Assembly (NCBI RefSeq): GCF_022539665.2
Contig: NC_081331.1
Coordinates: forward strand, 10,850,001 to 10,914,000
Direction: 5' to 3'
From: Daphnia carinata
Taxonomy: Eukaryota
DNA length: 64,000 nt
Shown one piece after another: positions 10,251-31,646 of this stretch. Under the pieces are notes generated by a model. The model was given only the letters and a program-made list of their open reading frames with translations, searched no databases and was not told the DNA's origin. A program made the position numbers and the translations under genes. Each line of letters opens with the position of its first letter. The first letter of the stretch is position 1.

Positions 10251-11285
10251 ATTCCGCAATATCCCGTAGCGTAAAATAAGAAAAAGTTGGGCTTATTTTT
10301 AAACCTGACTGTACATCGGATGGCCGCGCATGATAATAATAGCACGAGGTATATCTTCATGCTATGATCTATACTTATCAGGTATACCTTCCCATTAGTG
10401 TGATACATAATGCTAGTAGTCTCTGTTAACGAAGTAGTGTTATAAGTATATGCAACTCGCGCGATCAACCAATAGTGAAATAGCAAAACAAATACGAAAA
10501 AAGCCGCCACCCCATTTCATTTATGATCAAAATGCTTAAAATGTTGGGAATATTAATGTTCATTTTTTACTTTTTTCCAAGTTGAAAAAAATAAAATACC
10601 GAAAGTGACCAGAAGTAGCCTATATCTCCAGAAATACTGGGCCCACAACAAAACAAATATGATTTTCGTGATCCTCGTGAAATTTAAGGTGTGTCTGACG
10701 TATTTTGACCTGTTTTTGGCGAAAAGTCCAATTTGGCCAAAATCGCGATTTTTCCTGAACTATAGTTCAGGGTAATTTGCGATTTTTGACGATTTTCGGG
10801 TATTTTCTACTGACACATGGATTCGATCCCAAATTTCACGAGGATTACGAAAATGTGGTTCTTTTTTCATTCAGACAAACAGATAGTGAGTTATTAAGCA
10901 TTTTCAAACCGGAAGTTATACCGAAAGTTAAAATTTCGAAAATTAAAAAAATGAACTATGTTCTTCTTTACAAGGTACACAAGATCTGCATAGTTTCAGT
11001 CGTAAACTATAGTAAATTAACATAACAGGGCCTTTCAAAGTTCGTAAAGTTCAGTTTTCAGGTAGTTAATAGTAATAATAATTAAGTAACGTAAGTAGAA
11101 TATAACAAAATAATTATTGTGTAGTTATATTTTAATCAAATAAAGTTATTAATTAAAAAAATTATATATTTATATGGCTAGAATACGCAAAGTTGTATTT
11201 TAAAAACTAAATAGGAATCTGGCCGATAGATGGCCATAGCTGTAAAAAAGGAAAAAACAGCCGAAATTTTTTTTTGGGTTAAAAT

Positions 11286-11637
11286 CATGGCCTACTATAA
11301 TAACGGCCAGCAAGCGCGCAATACCCCCTGCGCCTAAAACTAAATTGCCAGAGGGGCCTAATACCCCAAACCGAGCTCCACTTTCCACTGTTTGGTAACT
11401 AATACCAGAATTGAAATGAGAGGAAAAACCAGTGGAAAGTGCAATTCTGTTTGAGGTACTACGACAGTAGTACCTCTCCACCATTGCCAATCAGTGGAAA
11501 AAGTAAAAGAAATAGGAATGGGTGGGATGAAGCTGTAGAAAGTGGACTTCGATTTGAGGTATTAGGCCCATCTGGCAATTCAGTTTTAGGCGGAGGGGGT
11601 ATTGAGCGCTTGCTGGCCGTTATTATAGTAGGCCATG
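11286..11637. mobile_element. MITE, 352 bp, P-element-superfamily-like (hAT not excluded)
   Basis: ~100 bp imperfect TIRs starting CATGGCCTACTATAATAACGGCCAGCAAGCG and ending ..GTAGGCCATG; perfect 8-bp TSD GTTAAAAT at 11278-11285 and 11638-11645. Confidence 0.9.
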
Positions 11638-11822
11638 GTTAAAATAGACTGCCATATAAATATGTCTGATTTGGTTTTCTTGAAGTTGGTAGAAAAAATG
11701 TCGTGATTCTTACCTGTCTGCGTTTTTTCCCTCGTGGTAACTATGATATGCCCTTGAAAATTTATGATACAGGAAAAGCTAAAAGATGAGTACGTTTCTC
11801 TGGCCATGATGGGTGTTTTGTT

Positions 11823-11833
11823 GGGGACTCCCC
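11823..11833. promoter_or_regulatory. Palindromic kB-like (NF-kB/Relish) site upstream of STING
   Basis: GGGGACTCCCC, ~190 bp upstream of the STING ATG. Confidence 0.45.
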
Positions 11834-12024
11834 TAGTACCCCGTTATCGGTTAAAAAAAGCCCGAATCTGCTTTTATAACGCAGTCGAGTAGAAAGGAAT
11901 ATGAGATACAGTAGTTCTGTTGTGTAGGCAGCTTACCAGTTGTGTGAATTACAAAACTTTTGATGCAAGTTAAACATCCCCTGTTTAGTTAACAGTTAGT
12001 CTAGTTTGTTCCTTTCAGTAAAAT

Positions 12025-13668
12025 ATGGAATCTTTGGGCCTGACCACTCAAACTGCTTACTTTGGGAAAACAAAAATTTTTGAACCTAAGAAAACATGCA
12101 GCAATCCAGGAAAACAGGAGCCTAGTGGAATGCCTAAAAGCAGAGGATACAGAGCAGAGATATTAGCTTTCACAATAGGTTCTGGATTACTTTTAATTGG
12201 TATTAAATTCTGCAAATTTCCCTTACTGTAGTAATATCTTCACATGCTTTTGAAACTTTTTAGCATTCTTATTTCCCCCTGTTAAACATGAAGGACATGG
12301 ATCTCAACAAATTGCAGTGCAAGGTATAAAGAACCGCTTGAATTTTTTTGTTTATCTAACTCAAAGAACATTCTTTGCAGTTGGCTTGCTCATGTGGTTT
12401 GGGATGACATTTGTAATGGCCGAGATTATTCGTCGTGTTTGCCTGTTTTCGGAAGAGGTTTTTCACTTGAAAACTCGCTACGACGGTTCTATATCCCGAG
12501 TTGTTCTTCACGTATTTAATTCGCGAAACTCTGCCAATTTCTTCACCGTCGTCATTTTGCTTTCTCTACTGTTTGTGAGTCATCATTTTCCCCTCTATGG
12601 TGACAATGTTATAACTGCAGAGAAAGAGAGCAACAAACAGATATATAATACATGTTTGTTTGATTTTTCTCTTTTTTTTTTAGATTAGCTCGTCAGATCC
12701 CATGGTGATGACTGAAATTAGCTCGCACTGGCCAACTTCGTTTGGACTGTGTGGCCTGTATATTATTTTCATTTCGGTAGTGAAACTTACGGAGAATCTT
12801 GTTGACTGTGAAGTGCTGCTAGATGACCGTGTGATGGCTATTGGACACGGACTGGCATATTCCTACTATTATGGGTTCTTAAAAATAATTCTTCCTGCAA
12901 GCGAAAACAGTCAAAGTACTGTCGTCATTCTCTTATCATTGCCTCTTCCTGAAATCTAAATTTTTGAAATGTAGGTCTCAGAGATCGTGCATCCCATTTC
13001 GAGTTTGAAGAAAAAATCCAGTTAGCATCTAAGAAGATGTTAATACTGATTCCAGACACATGTTTTTGTACCCCGAGTTTCCAAGACATGGCGCCATGTG
13101 GACAAATAGAGAGAGTTAAGGTAATATAAATTGTATGTTACTTTTATCGTTGTTCTCTGAATAATTCACCAAGGCAAACGTTGTAGAATCTGGAAGACGT
13201 TATTATTTGCCGAGCGGGAATGAGAGGGCGGCCCTACTCAGCGACTGTTTACTTAATCCAGCCAGAAGGATCCAAAGCCCCTGTATATGTCATGATGGAA
13301 ATGCCATCAATTCTTTTCGTCCTGTACGAAATGAATACTATAGGACACAGTAATTCAAGTAAGCTTTAAAATATGCTGTTGTATTCCTAATCTATTAGGT
13401 TTCTTTAAAACCTGTTTACGTTGCCTAGAACTCACCGCGTTCGAACGTACTCAGCAGGCACAAGCTTTCTGTCGAGTTTTAGGACGACTACTCGAAGACG
13501 ATCCGAGCTGCAAGGACATGTATGACATAATATACTTCAAAGGTGTTAAGTTAAAACTTACCAATGTTTCATCGCATTTAATTAATCATTTCGTTCGTTC
13601 TCGTCCAAGATCAAAACGCAAACCTAGCCCAGATGATTTACGACCATGTTCAAAACACAAAGCAATAG
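12025..13668 (+). CDS. STING: Stimulator of interferon genes (STING/TMEM173) homologue, 8 exons, no C-terminal tail
   Basis: Phase-consistent spliced translation contains EEVFHLKTRYDGS (TM region), IGHGLAYSYYYGFLKIILP (dimerisation helix), KMLILIPDTC, RAGMRGRPYSATVY (lid) and ERTQQAQAFCRVLGRLLEDDPSC; stop TAG at 13666-13668. Confidence 0.92.
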
Positions 13669-13932
13669 TTTCAATTTGCTAATCGACCCCAGTGAGCTTC
13701 GCATGCTAATTGTGAAAATAGTGAAGTATCTCTGCCCAGTACCATCTTACTTGTTTTATGAAGCTCCTATTTGCCTTCAAATATATTTTTATTTCCTAAG
13801 CTATTCAAATGATTTCCGAAATAATTAACTGGTTTTAATCATGGCGAAAATTTTAGATGCTCACATCCTCTTTAATCAACGAAAAAATTACCACTTCTTC
13901 AGAGAGTGTAACCCCAGAACAAAAGTATAAAA

Positions 13933-16900
13933 TTACACGCTGAGCAAACGTTTTACTCGTCGAAGTAGCGCTTGAACAAAACCGTGACGGCCTTTTTTGT
14001 GGAGGTACACCTAAAATGGACAAATAAATTGTGTTAGCAAACATCTCACAACTCCTGAAAACAAAAAGTTCCCCAATTTTGTTACCTGCTCGCACTCGTT
14101 CATTTTCTTAAACAAGATTGCATTAAGATGGGTCGGCGCTTCCTTTTTTAATCGACTAAGATCATCTTGACTCAAAATCGATGATGATCCACCGAAAGCC
14201 AATGACTTCTTATGCTGGAAATAGTGTTCCATATGGTGCCACAAGAGCCAGGTGGCAGATTCCAACACTAGACTGCAGAGTTCTAGGAGTTCTTCCCAGT
14301 TTTTCAGTTCTTGTTCTAACATTTTGGCTCCAATCATTCGACGGACATGAGCAGGCAGTTTCTCATCGGTATCGGCAGGCAACAGCTCCATTAGCTGTTG
14401 TGTCGTCAGATCTTGAATCGAATCAAGACGGCGGCGGCAAATTTCACTTTTCTCTTGTGCACTGATCAAGAGCGCTGAGGAGCTGACCAAGGTTTTGGTA
14501 AGGATTCCCAGGGAAAGACATGATTTACTAGGACGATCAAAGCTCGGTGCAAAAATGGCGCGATTCTGTGTGGTCAGAGATCGAGCGAGTTTTAAAATGT
14601 TCCCAGCCACCTGCAAACACACTTTGCTCGATACAAGACCAAATTCGGCCAATATGTTCTCCCCTAATCATAAAAAAGATATGTCAATTTTTTAATGCGC
14701 CAAAAATAAAATCATTTCGCTGATTTACATACCAAGAATATAAACCGGCAATAGGTTAAGGGTCACTTGTTCGAGACGACTCAATTGTCCGCGTACCTCC
14801 ATGGCAGCTGGGGATTCTTCATACACTGCATTCCACCCAGCCGCTCGTGAAATGACGGCAGTAAGCAATGCCGTTTCCTCCAACTGGGAAGACACCGGTG
14901 CTAAGTTCCGATTGCGTAAAATCGCACTCACTGTGTCACTGTGGGAGAGTAAGAAGTGTATCACCTGAGATGACAAAAAAATAAATCTGGGGATTAGGCA
15001 AAAACTATGCTAGGCTATGATCGAGTCCGTATATGAAGTCACCTCCGAACTTCCAGTGCGATGTCGGCTTCCGAGTGCGGTAAGCATTGTGTTGGAAAGC
15101 TGAAGAGCAGGGAAAAGGATTTGATGGAATCGATGGGCGGTATCTGGGATAAATGGTGCATTTTCAGTTGTCCCGCTGGTTACTTCAGGACGCTGGCTAA
15201 AGACTGACATCTCGGAAAGACGTTGGAATATTCCACTTTCTAAGAGCACGAGGGCTCCCTTTTGGCTGCTGGCCAATCGAGTCAAAAGCCCCATCTGCGA
15301 CTCGTAAACATATAAAGTACGCAGGCCGTCCATGTTGGGTTGCATTTCTAAAGCGCCCACCAATCCAGCATCCAATTGAAGCAGGGAATTTACCTTAATG
15401 GTAACAGGAAAGGAATAAGATTTTCATTAAATTAATCAAATGCTGAAAACTAGGGAATAGTCTATATGAGCAATGAAATGCTTATACCATGTGTTTCAAG
15501 TATCCTTGAGACGACAAAAAGGTAGCAATAGGCCCTTGGTTGTCAGCAGCAGCCAACTGATCGAGAAGGGAAAGGGCCAACATGCGCTGTACATCGTGAC
15601 CACTGCTGCAATCACGGACAAGAGTCTGAAGTAATGATGTAGGAGCCAACTTGTAGAATTCAGCAGTGTGATTGCTGATTCTTAAGCTATTTAGCAAAGC
15701 GCTGTACAGATTGGTTCGGACGCGATGAGCAGAACCACTAGCGCGCAAAATCCAATCCACCAATTGGCGCTGAATAACATTTATTGTAGCTGACGACGTT
15801 GGTCCTCCTCGTGAAGTTGCCATTGAACGGGCTGAGTTCAATAAATTATTAAAACTAAAACAGTTTGCCTTTAGTTTCTAAGAAATTACCACTTTGAGTC
15901 CGTAGAATGGTTCCGTCAAGACACCTTACGTAATCGGAAGGCACTTGAGTTGCGTTTGACGATGATGCGGGTTCCTTAACACCCTCCAAGGCACAAGCTC
16001 GTAATCCTGCCAACAGGATCACCATGACGCCCGATAAGTAATGAACCAAATCGGGTAAGGAGTTGTCTGTTGTCAAACATTTGGTGAAAATATCTTGAGT
16101 GATCTGAGTCAGGATATTCCATTGCTGGGTGTATGAAAGATCGTTCAGAGACCCGGTTGCCAAAAGACATTCCAGGACTTGCCGCCACCCTTCTAAATAG
16201 GAACGACGAGCCGAAAGTTCTAGCCTTATGTTATTCCGTTGAACCACGAACGAAAGAATGTTCTGAACTTCTTGTACGATCAATTGGCGTTGGCCAAGAG
16301 CCACATTGGTAAGGTTAGCCAGTTCGCTACGTAACCGATTTTGGAGCAACGAAATTTTCGTTAACTGAACATCCTCTTCACTCACGATTTCACACTGCTT
16401 GACCAATGCTTCGATGGCACCCGGATCAAAGAATTCCATTGTAGGAGGTGTCAGTTCGCACTCCTAAATAAAAAGAATTTGATTACACTCAAATCACTTA
16501 GACTTTTGCCAAGGATGTCTTACTTCTAGGTTGACAGCATCCAAAAGGACAGCAATTTTTGGTCTCGATCGCATGACCAATTGATCCTGGTTGCCAAGAA
16601 AGGACATGCCACTCAACAATGATCTGTCAGTGATATCTCCCACAGTGACTGACTCGGCTGTTTCGTCCACTTCGTACAGAAAGAGTGAGGCTAGACGCGA
16701 AACGTGAGACTGAAGGCCTTTGTCCGAGGCAATTTTCACTTCAACAGCAACAGATTTAAGTAGCCAGCTCATTTGTGATAGCTGCGACCATCCAAAATTG
16801 CCGGGTGCAAAAGGCAATGCAGCAACCTGCCGACCGAGGAAGTTGGACGAGCGCAGGAATCTTAACATAATATCAGATACAACTGGATGTGAACAGAGCT

Positions 16901-19900
16901 GATAGAGAAGCTTATAGGCCAATTCAGTTGCCCTGAGATTGGCACCCGAGCTGTGGCCTTCTGGGAGAATGTTCTTTTCCAATATGCCAAGTAGAGCATG
17001 CAGGCACGTCCGAGGTTGATCATGGATTCCAGGTTGTTGCAGAATGGTTCTGCCAAGATATAACAAATAAATTACGTGTAGATTGCTGTACACAAACTCA
17101 TATTACATACTAGCAAAAAACTTACTTGCTTAAAGGAGCTTGAATGCTAAACCCAAGCAGGAAATGAGCAAAACTTGGATGGGGTAAATTGACTCCTTCA
17201 CTAAGAAGATGAAGAACAACGAGTCGACATCCCTGTCCAGCGTACGAAGTTTCGCCGTCTTGGTCTACGGGAACCGTTGGCGAATCGTTGGGGTCTTCCA
17301 TTTCTAAAGCTTCAACGAATCCGTGACGAATAGCTGTAATAAGAGTAATGACGATGAAAGGGAAGCATTATAATATTTGAACTTAAGAATAAAACTTACC
17401 TGTGGTTAAGGCAGCAGTTTTCGTGTACAGAGCAAGAAGTTGATTTTGGGTTGATGGATTTGCGGCAACTCTTCGAATTATGTGTAAGGCGGCCAATGCA
17501 TGTTGAGGAAGATGTTGATTCAAAGTCACTAGCTTTCCAATATTGACCATATGGTCCGGTTTGCCAGTACGGCTGTTGATACCCAAAAGCAGGCTGTCCA
17601 ATGTAACTACTCTTAGTCCAGAACCCAGTCGACGAATCAGTTCCACAAACTCTTCCTAAAAATTCATCACAAATGTACTTCGTTTAATATTTGCATTCTT
17701 CCTCTTCCAAACATACCTGAAGTTGCAGCACACGTTTTAAAATTAAAAGAACATTGAGAGTAAGTGTTTCCAACTCTTCTATTCCTGGTGTGGGTGAGTA
17801 AAGATCTAAAACGCGACAACCTTCATCTACCACATGAAGCAAAAGACGCAGAAAATTGGAGTCATGCAGGCAATGCACCAGCAGATGATAGCCCGGTGGT
17901 TTAGATCGAATGGCATTCCCACCTAGTCCCGAAAGAACCATGTGTAAACTACAAAAACTGCTACAAAGGGATCCATATCATACTTACCAGACGGTAGTTC
18001 GATGTAGGAGTCTTGAAAATCTTCCACGCTAGGTTCATAATTCGAAAGTAGCTTCAGAAAAAGCTTGACACAGGCATTCCCGATCTATAAAAAAAAAACG
18101 ACAAATGGCTAATCAAAATGTTCCTTTCAAGCACTGGTGATGTCAAACTAACCTGCCATTTTTCTGTTTCATTGCGATATGCCCTACCAGTGAATCTGAG
18201 GAAAACGGAATCTTTAACGTAGAATAGGTATGGATCGAACCCAGGGGTTCGATGCCCCGTTCCCAAATTGGATGGAATGGGAACATCAGTCATCACATCC
18301 AGTAATTTTAGGAAGGCTCTCGTCAGTGGATACTCTTCAGCTCGAGATTCCACGTCTTCCAATTCCGTCTGAATACCTAAATATCTCCATGTGTTATGTT
18401 AATCAAAGGTATAGAAATAATGTCATACACACCTTTGACATTTGCTGAAACAACGCTGGTTGTCGACAAAATTTGTGCTGTCTCGATGCTACTCCATAGA
18501 GTGTAGACGATATCAGGCGACTGTGCAAATGCTGCTAGTACTTCCATGATTTCTCCCTTTAAGCTCAATGGCACAGCACAACCTAGTTGATAACAAATGA
18601 CTTTCAAATAATCCCATAAACTCGAATCGAAATTTGAACCTACCCAACAGACCGATCATTACCACCAACGGTATCCAGGTTGGGTTTTCAGCCAAAGATA
18701 TCCTAGCAATGGGATCGTGGTGTAGAATGATTCTCATTAACTTTAAAACCACCTGCAAACCCTGGACCTCCTGTGGCGTAATGCCTTTTGTTAGTGGCTT
18801 ATGGCGATAGATGGTATCGGGTACTGGTAGTGATTCTTGGCGCAAACTATTGAAGTATCTATGAAGTGACGAGAAAAAATGTTCCCAGGATATAAGGTTG
18901 CTTTGGCCACCACTGCTGTTCTGTTTTAGCAGCGTGAAGGCTTGATGGGCTGCTCTCTTCCCATTGGCTAGTCCACAGAGCATGCTGGCGTAAGAGATGT
19001 AGAGCGATGGAGGTAACAAATCGCCGGCCAATCTTATAAACTTATAGAGGGCCATTTGACGTTGGGAGATCCTGGGTTTCATCAATAAAATTCATTAGAA
19101 TTTCTAATGCAAAAAATGTTTGATCTTACCTATAATTTACTCCAGCATTAGCCATGTCGCTGGACCAAAATTCAAGACAAAGTTCTAGGTCCAGAGGATC
19201 CTCGCCATAGAGTACAGCTATGAAGTTAAGTAACCACTGAAAATGTAACGGCAAGTTTGGTGGCGGCTCGAGGCCCTCCTGCTGATAGACAAAGATGTTT
19301 CTGGCAACTTCATCAGCCTTGTTGCGGAGATCTTTGATTTTCAGTGGCATTTGAACGATCAAATCCGTTACGAGTGCATGTAAGCGACGTAGATAAAATT
19401 CTTCTTTGTAAATATGATTTTTTGTTTGCAATAAATGGCTCAAGAAGTTCAATGCCTTTCCGTCTAGGGCAATGTCAAGAATAGCCTCATCTTCGTCAAC
19501 TTGCGACTGAATTGGAGCGCAAAGTCCAGAGGAAAGCGAGCGAAATGTGGCCAAGGTAACTGCCCAGGCAAGTTGAGCTGAAGCCTGAAGACCAGCATTC
19601 TTCCATTGCAATGGTTCTGTTAAACGTTTTTGAAGGGTGGCAACAAATCCACTATCCGAAGTGATCGGTAGTAAGCGTACGACGTCTTCACTTTCTTCCG
19701 TTCTCACAACAGCGCTGATATCAACAGCGTATAAAAGCGCTATAAGAAGCGTGACGTTGACGTTGTCGATTTGCTCAATCGAAGCTAGATAATTTACTAG
19801 CAACAATGTATCTTCTTTGGTCAATCCATTTTGGGCAGCTAAATAAAATATGATGTCAGCTAATGATTGCCTTATTTGAGTGAAGAAATCTTGAACTTGT

Positions 19901-20634
19901 CTAGAATAAGGAAAAAATGTTTAAATGTATCTAACGAGAAATGATGTTACTAACAAACCTCCTATGTTTTGGACCACCCAGAGCTCGATTTTCATGCAGT
20001 AAATTGATTTCCTTTTCAAGACTGAGCTGTCCTAATAGGACTATAATTTGATCAACCAGGCCTTTCTCCACCAACTTATCTGTGTACTTTGTGACTAAGT
20101 TGACAACTTGTTCGCTGGTGTCTACTGCCCAAGAAACACCTTTCCTTGCTTGTATGAGGGTTTTCAGTGAGCTTACAATTGCATGTCTAGCATCGTAGTA
20201 TAAAAGCACTGAAACTAAACCCCTGGTTAGATCTGGGTAGTAGTGCATTTGTTGTTCTGCAGTATGTAGGAGCCCAACTGAGATGTTTTCGTTTAAATTA
20301 AACATATCTGAAATTATAAGTGCCTCATCAACAAATGACTGTTCAAGTGAAGCAGTTGTTTTCCTTCCAGGAAAAAGGACAGGCTCTTTAACGGATTTCA
20401 GAAGAAGATTTCTGTCATCAAGATTTTTGGCCTAAATAGGGTAAAATTTAGGGTAAAATAAATAATGATTTTTTTATTTTTTTTTTTATTTTGACTTACT
20501 GGCTGTTTAAGAAGGGCAGAAAAATCTGAACGGTGATCTTTCAAAACCTTCTCCAGGTTCTCCAGGTCGTTACATTGTTGATTACCGATTGTATTTTCAA
20601 CCACATTGTGGAGGTCTTTCGACTTTGTCCACAT
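13933..20634 (-). CDS. Nup205: Nuclear pore complex protein Nup205, multi-exon
   Basis: Motifs LHTAEQQMHYYPDLTRGLVSVLLYYD, EEFYLRRLHALVTDLIVQMPLKIKDLRNKADE, EDVESRAEEYPLTRAF, LGTGHRTPGFDPYL, QPRTCLHALL; C-terminal exon VYLHKKGRHGFVQALLRRVKRLLSV*. Confidence 0.92.
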
Positions 20635-22630
20635 TGTTTCTAACGTAAACTTGTAACACTATACCGTTTCAAGAAAAGAAGAACAATTCAGTAGATAAAA
20701 AATATTTCGACTAAAACGCTTGATTCGAAACTTCGAATTCGTCTGTGAATATGCAGCATACAGACGTGCCGGTGGCTGAAGACAACGCCATCTAGATTAC
20801 CATCATAAGCGCCCTCTGGCTAACACATTTTCCCGCCAGTGGGCGAATAGAACGATCTGCAGTACTAGCTTTGTGTAACTCAATGCTATACAAATTAGAG
20901 GATTTTTCTAAATTTCTCTTTACTTTAAAAAGCCATGTCTAAACCCATGGGCTTGTATAGGTCACGTAAATAAACGAAAACAAGGTACCAATCTTACTTA
21001 AGAATGATCAGACGGTTTGTAATCAAAAGAGTAACAAGTAATATTTACAAATGAACTGCAAGTTATCCTGTACACAGTGTCTTGTCCAAAACAGTCACGT
21101 ATAACACGCACAAGAAATGAATGAAAAAAAGACCGACCACACACGGAAAATGAAAATAATAATCGACAAGCACAAAAAAAAAGTTGTTCCCTTTTATCAT
21201 TATACAAAAAAGCAATGCTCTCAGCTGCTTTTTCTTTGTTGTGGAGAAGTGGTGGTGTGGAGTTGGAGCAGAAGGAAATACGGGGAAAATTCAGTTTTCG
21301 CTCAAGAAAATCGTTATAAAGATGACATCGTTCTTTTTTTCAGAAATAATGACGCCCAATTTGGGAGACCGAGTCCAACGCGTCATCTCGATTACAAAAT
21401 AGAATATTAATAGCACTGAGAATTTGTTTTTTGTTGTTGTTTTCACCTGTACAAATTACACTAAGTCATCCAACTGACTTGATATTACAGACGCACACCT
21501 ACGACGACACGTTGCGCTGTGCCAAAAGTTGCCTTTCAACACACACTCACTCACTCTCTCCCACACACACACAAGGTCGATATTAGCAGAATTTTTCTTA
21601 TACGATAGTATTACTTTTTAAAAAATTTCGGTGTTGAAACAAGGTAAATGAGGAAAAGAAGGAAGATCAGGGCGAGAATAGAGGGTTTTCCTTTCAACGA
21701 CACGCACCCACGCACACGCAAAACAAAAAGAAACGGTCGACGGTATGATTGTGGCAAAATTATCAAAAAGAAAAAGACAATCATCCTAGAGTGGATAAGT
21801 TGAAGTAAGGAGACGGACGTATAGGAACGGTGGTGTCCACCTATTTGGGTATGTTTTCCTTGTTACTTGATACTATGTACAAGATTCGCATGTTGGGATC
21901 AAATTAAGAAATGAAAATCCAATCGTTAATCGCACTGCGAAGGGGAAGAGAGGGAGACGGGAAAAAGAGACGAGGGGTCGGAGGAAATCGTAGGATTGAG
22001 CATTTATTTTTTTTTCTTTTCAAAATCTCCTAATTTTCTTTTCCTTTTTAAATTTATTTGTTTACTCTCCTCGTACGCAAAGAACGGCGTTTCTTTTTTT
22101 TACCGCCTCTTTGTTTCCTATACAGGTTTTCATCATATGTATATTATCTTATAAGTTCACAAAACATATGCAATCTTTGATGCTCGCCATAACTCGTCTG
22201 TTGTAGAGTCTACATTCTAGACTTAATTGAGATCAAAAAAAAAATTAATAATAATGAAAAAAAAATGTCATTCGTGATCCAAAAAAAAACCCCCACCATT
22301 TTGCCGTTTGCGTGTGCCCAGATTCTATAAGCATCGTGTGATGGGAATTTGTCCACTTACATTTTGCCATTTTGAGAGGGGAGGAGGAGGCGCTTTGCTA
22401 GTGGGTTAGGACAGAGGGTGCAGGGAAATGGACGAACGCCTTCCACAGCATTCAGTCTACTAACTTGCTATTGCTTGGCTCGCAGTCAAAGGTCACTTAA
22501 GAATGTTTAACAAACTGAACAACGAAATGAAACAAAGAGGAAGCTCCTAATACTGAATACCCAAGCTTTTGGAAAAAGCTCTTCCCCGCTTCTTAATGCT
22601 GAATGACAGGCGATGATCAAATCCGAACGA

Positions 22631-31646
<9,016 letters not shown>

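Noticed and set aside
11166..11663. 13-bp outer inverted repeat ATATTTATATGGC around the MITE as a host element
   Set aside because: AT-rich, short and with no flanking TSD; may be chance.
13853..14095. 80-aa minus-strand ORF as the Nup205 C-terminus or a separate gene
   Set aside because: The phase-0 spliced frame ending at 13933 matches the Nup205 C-terminus; this ORF is an alternative frame.
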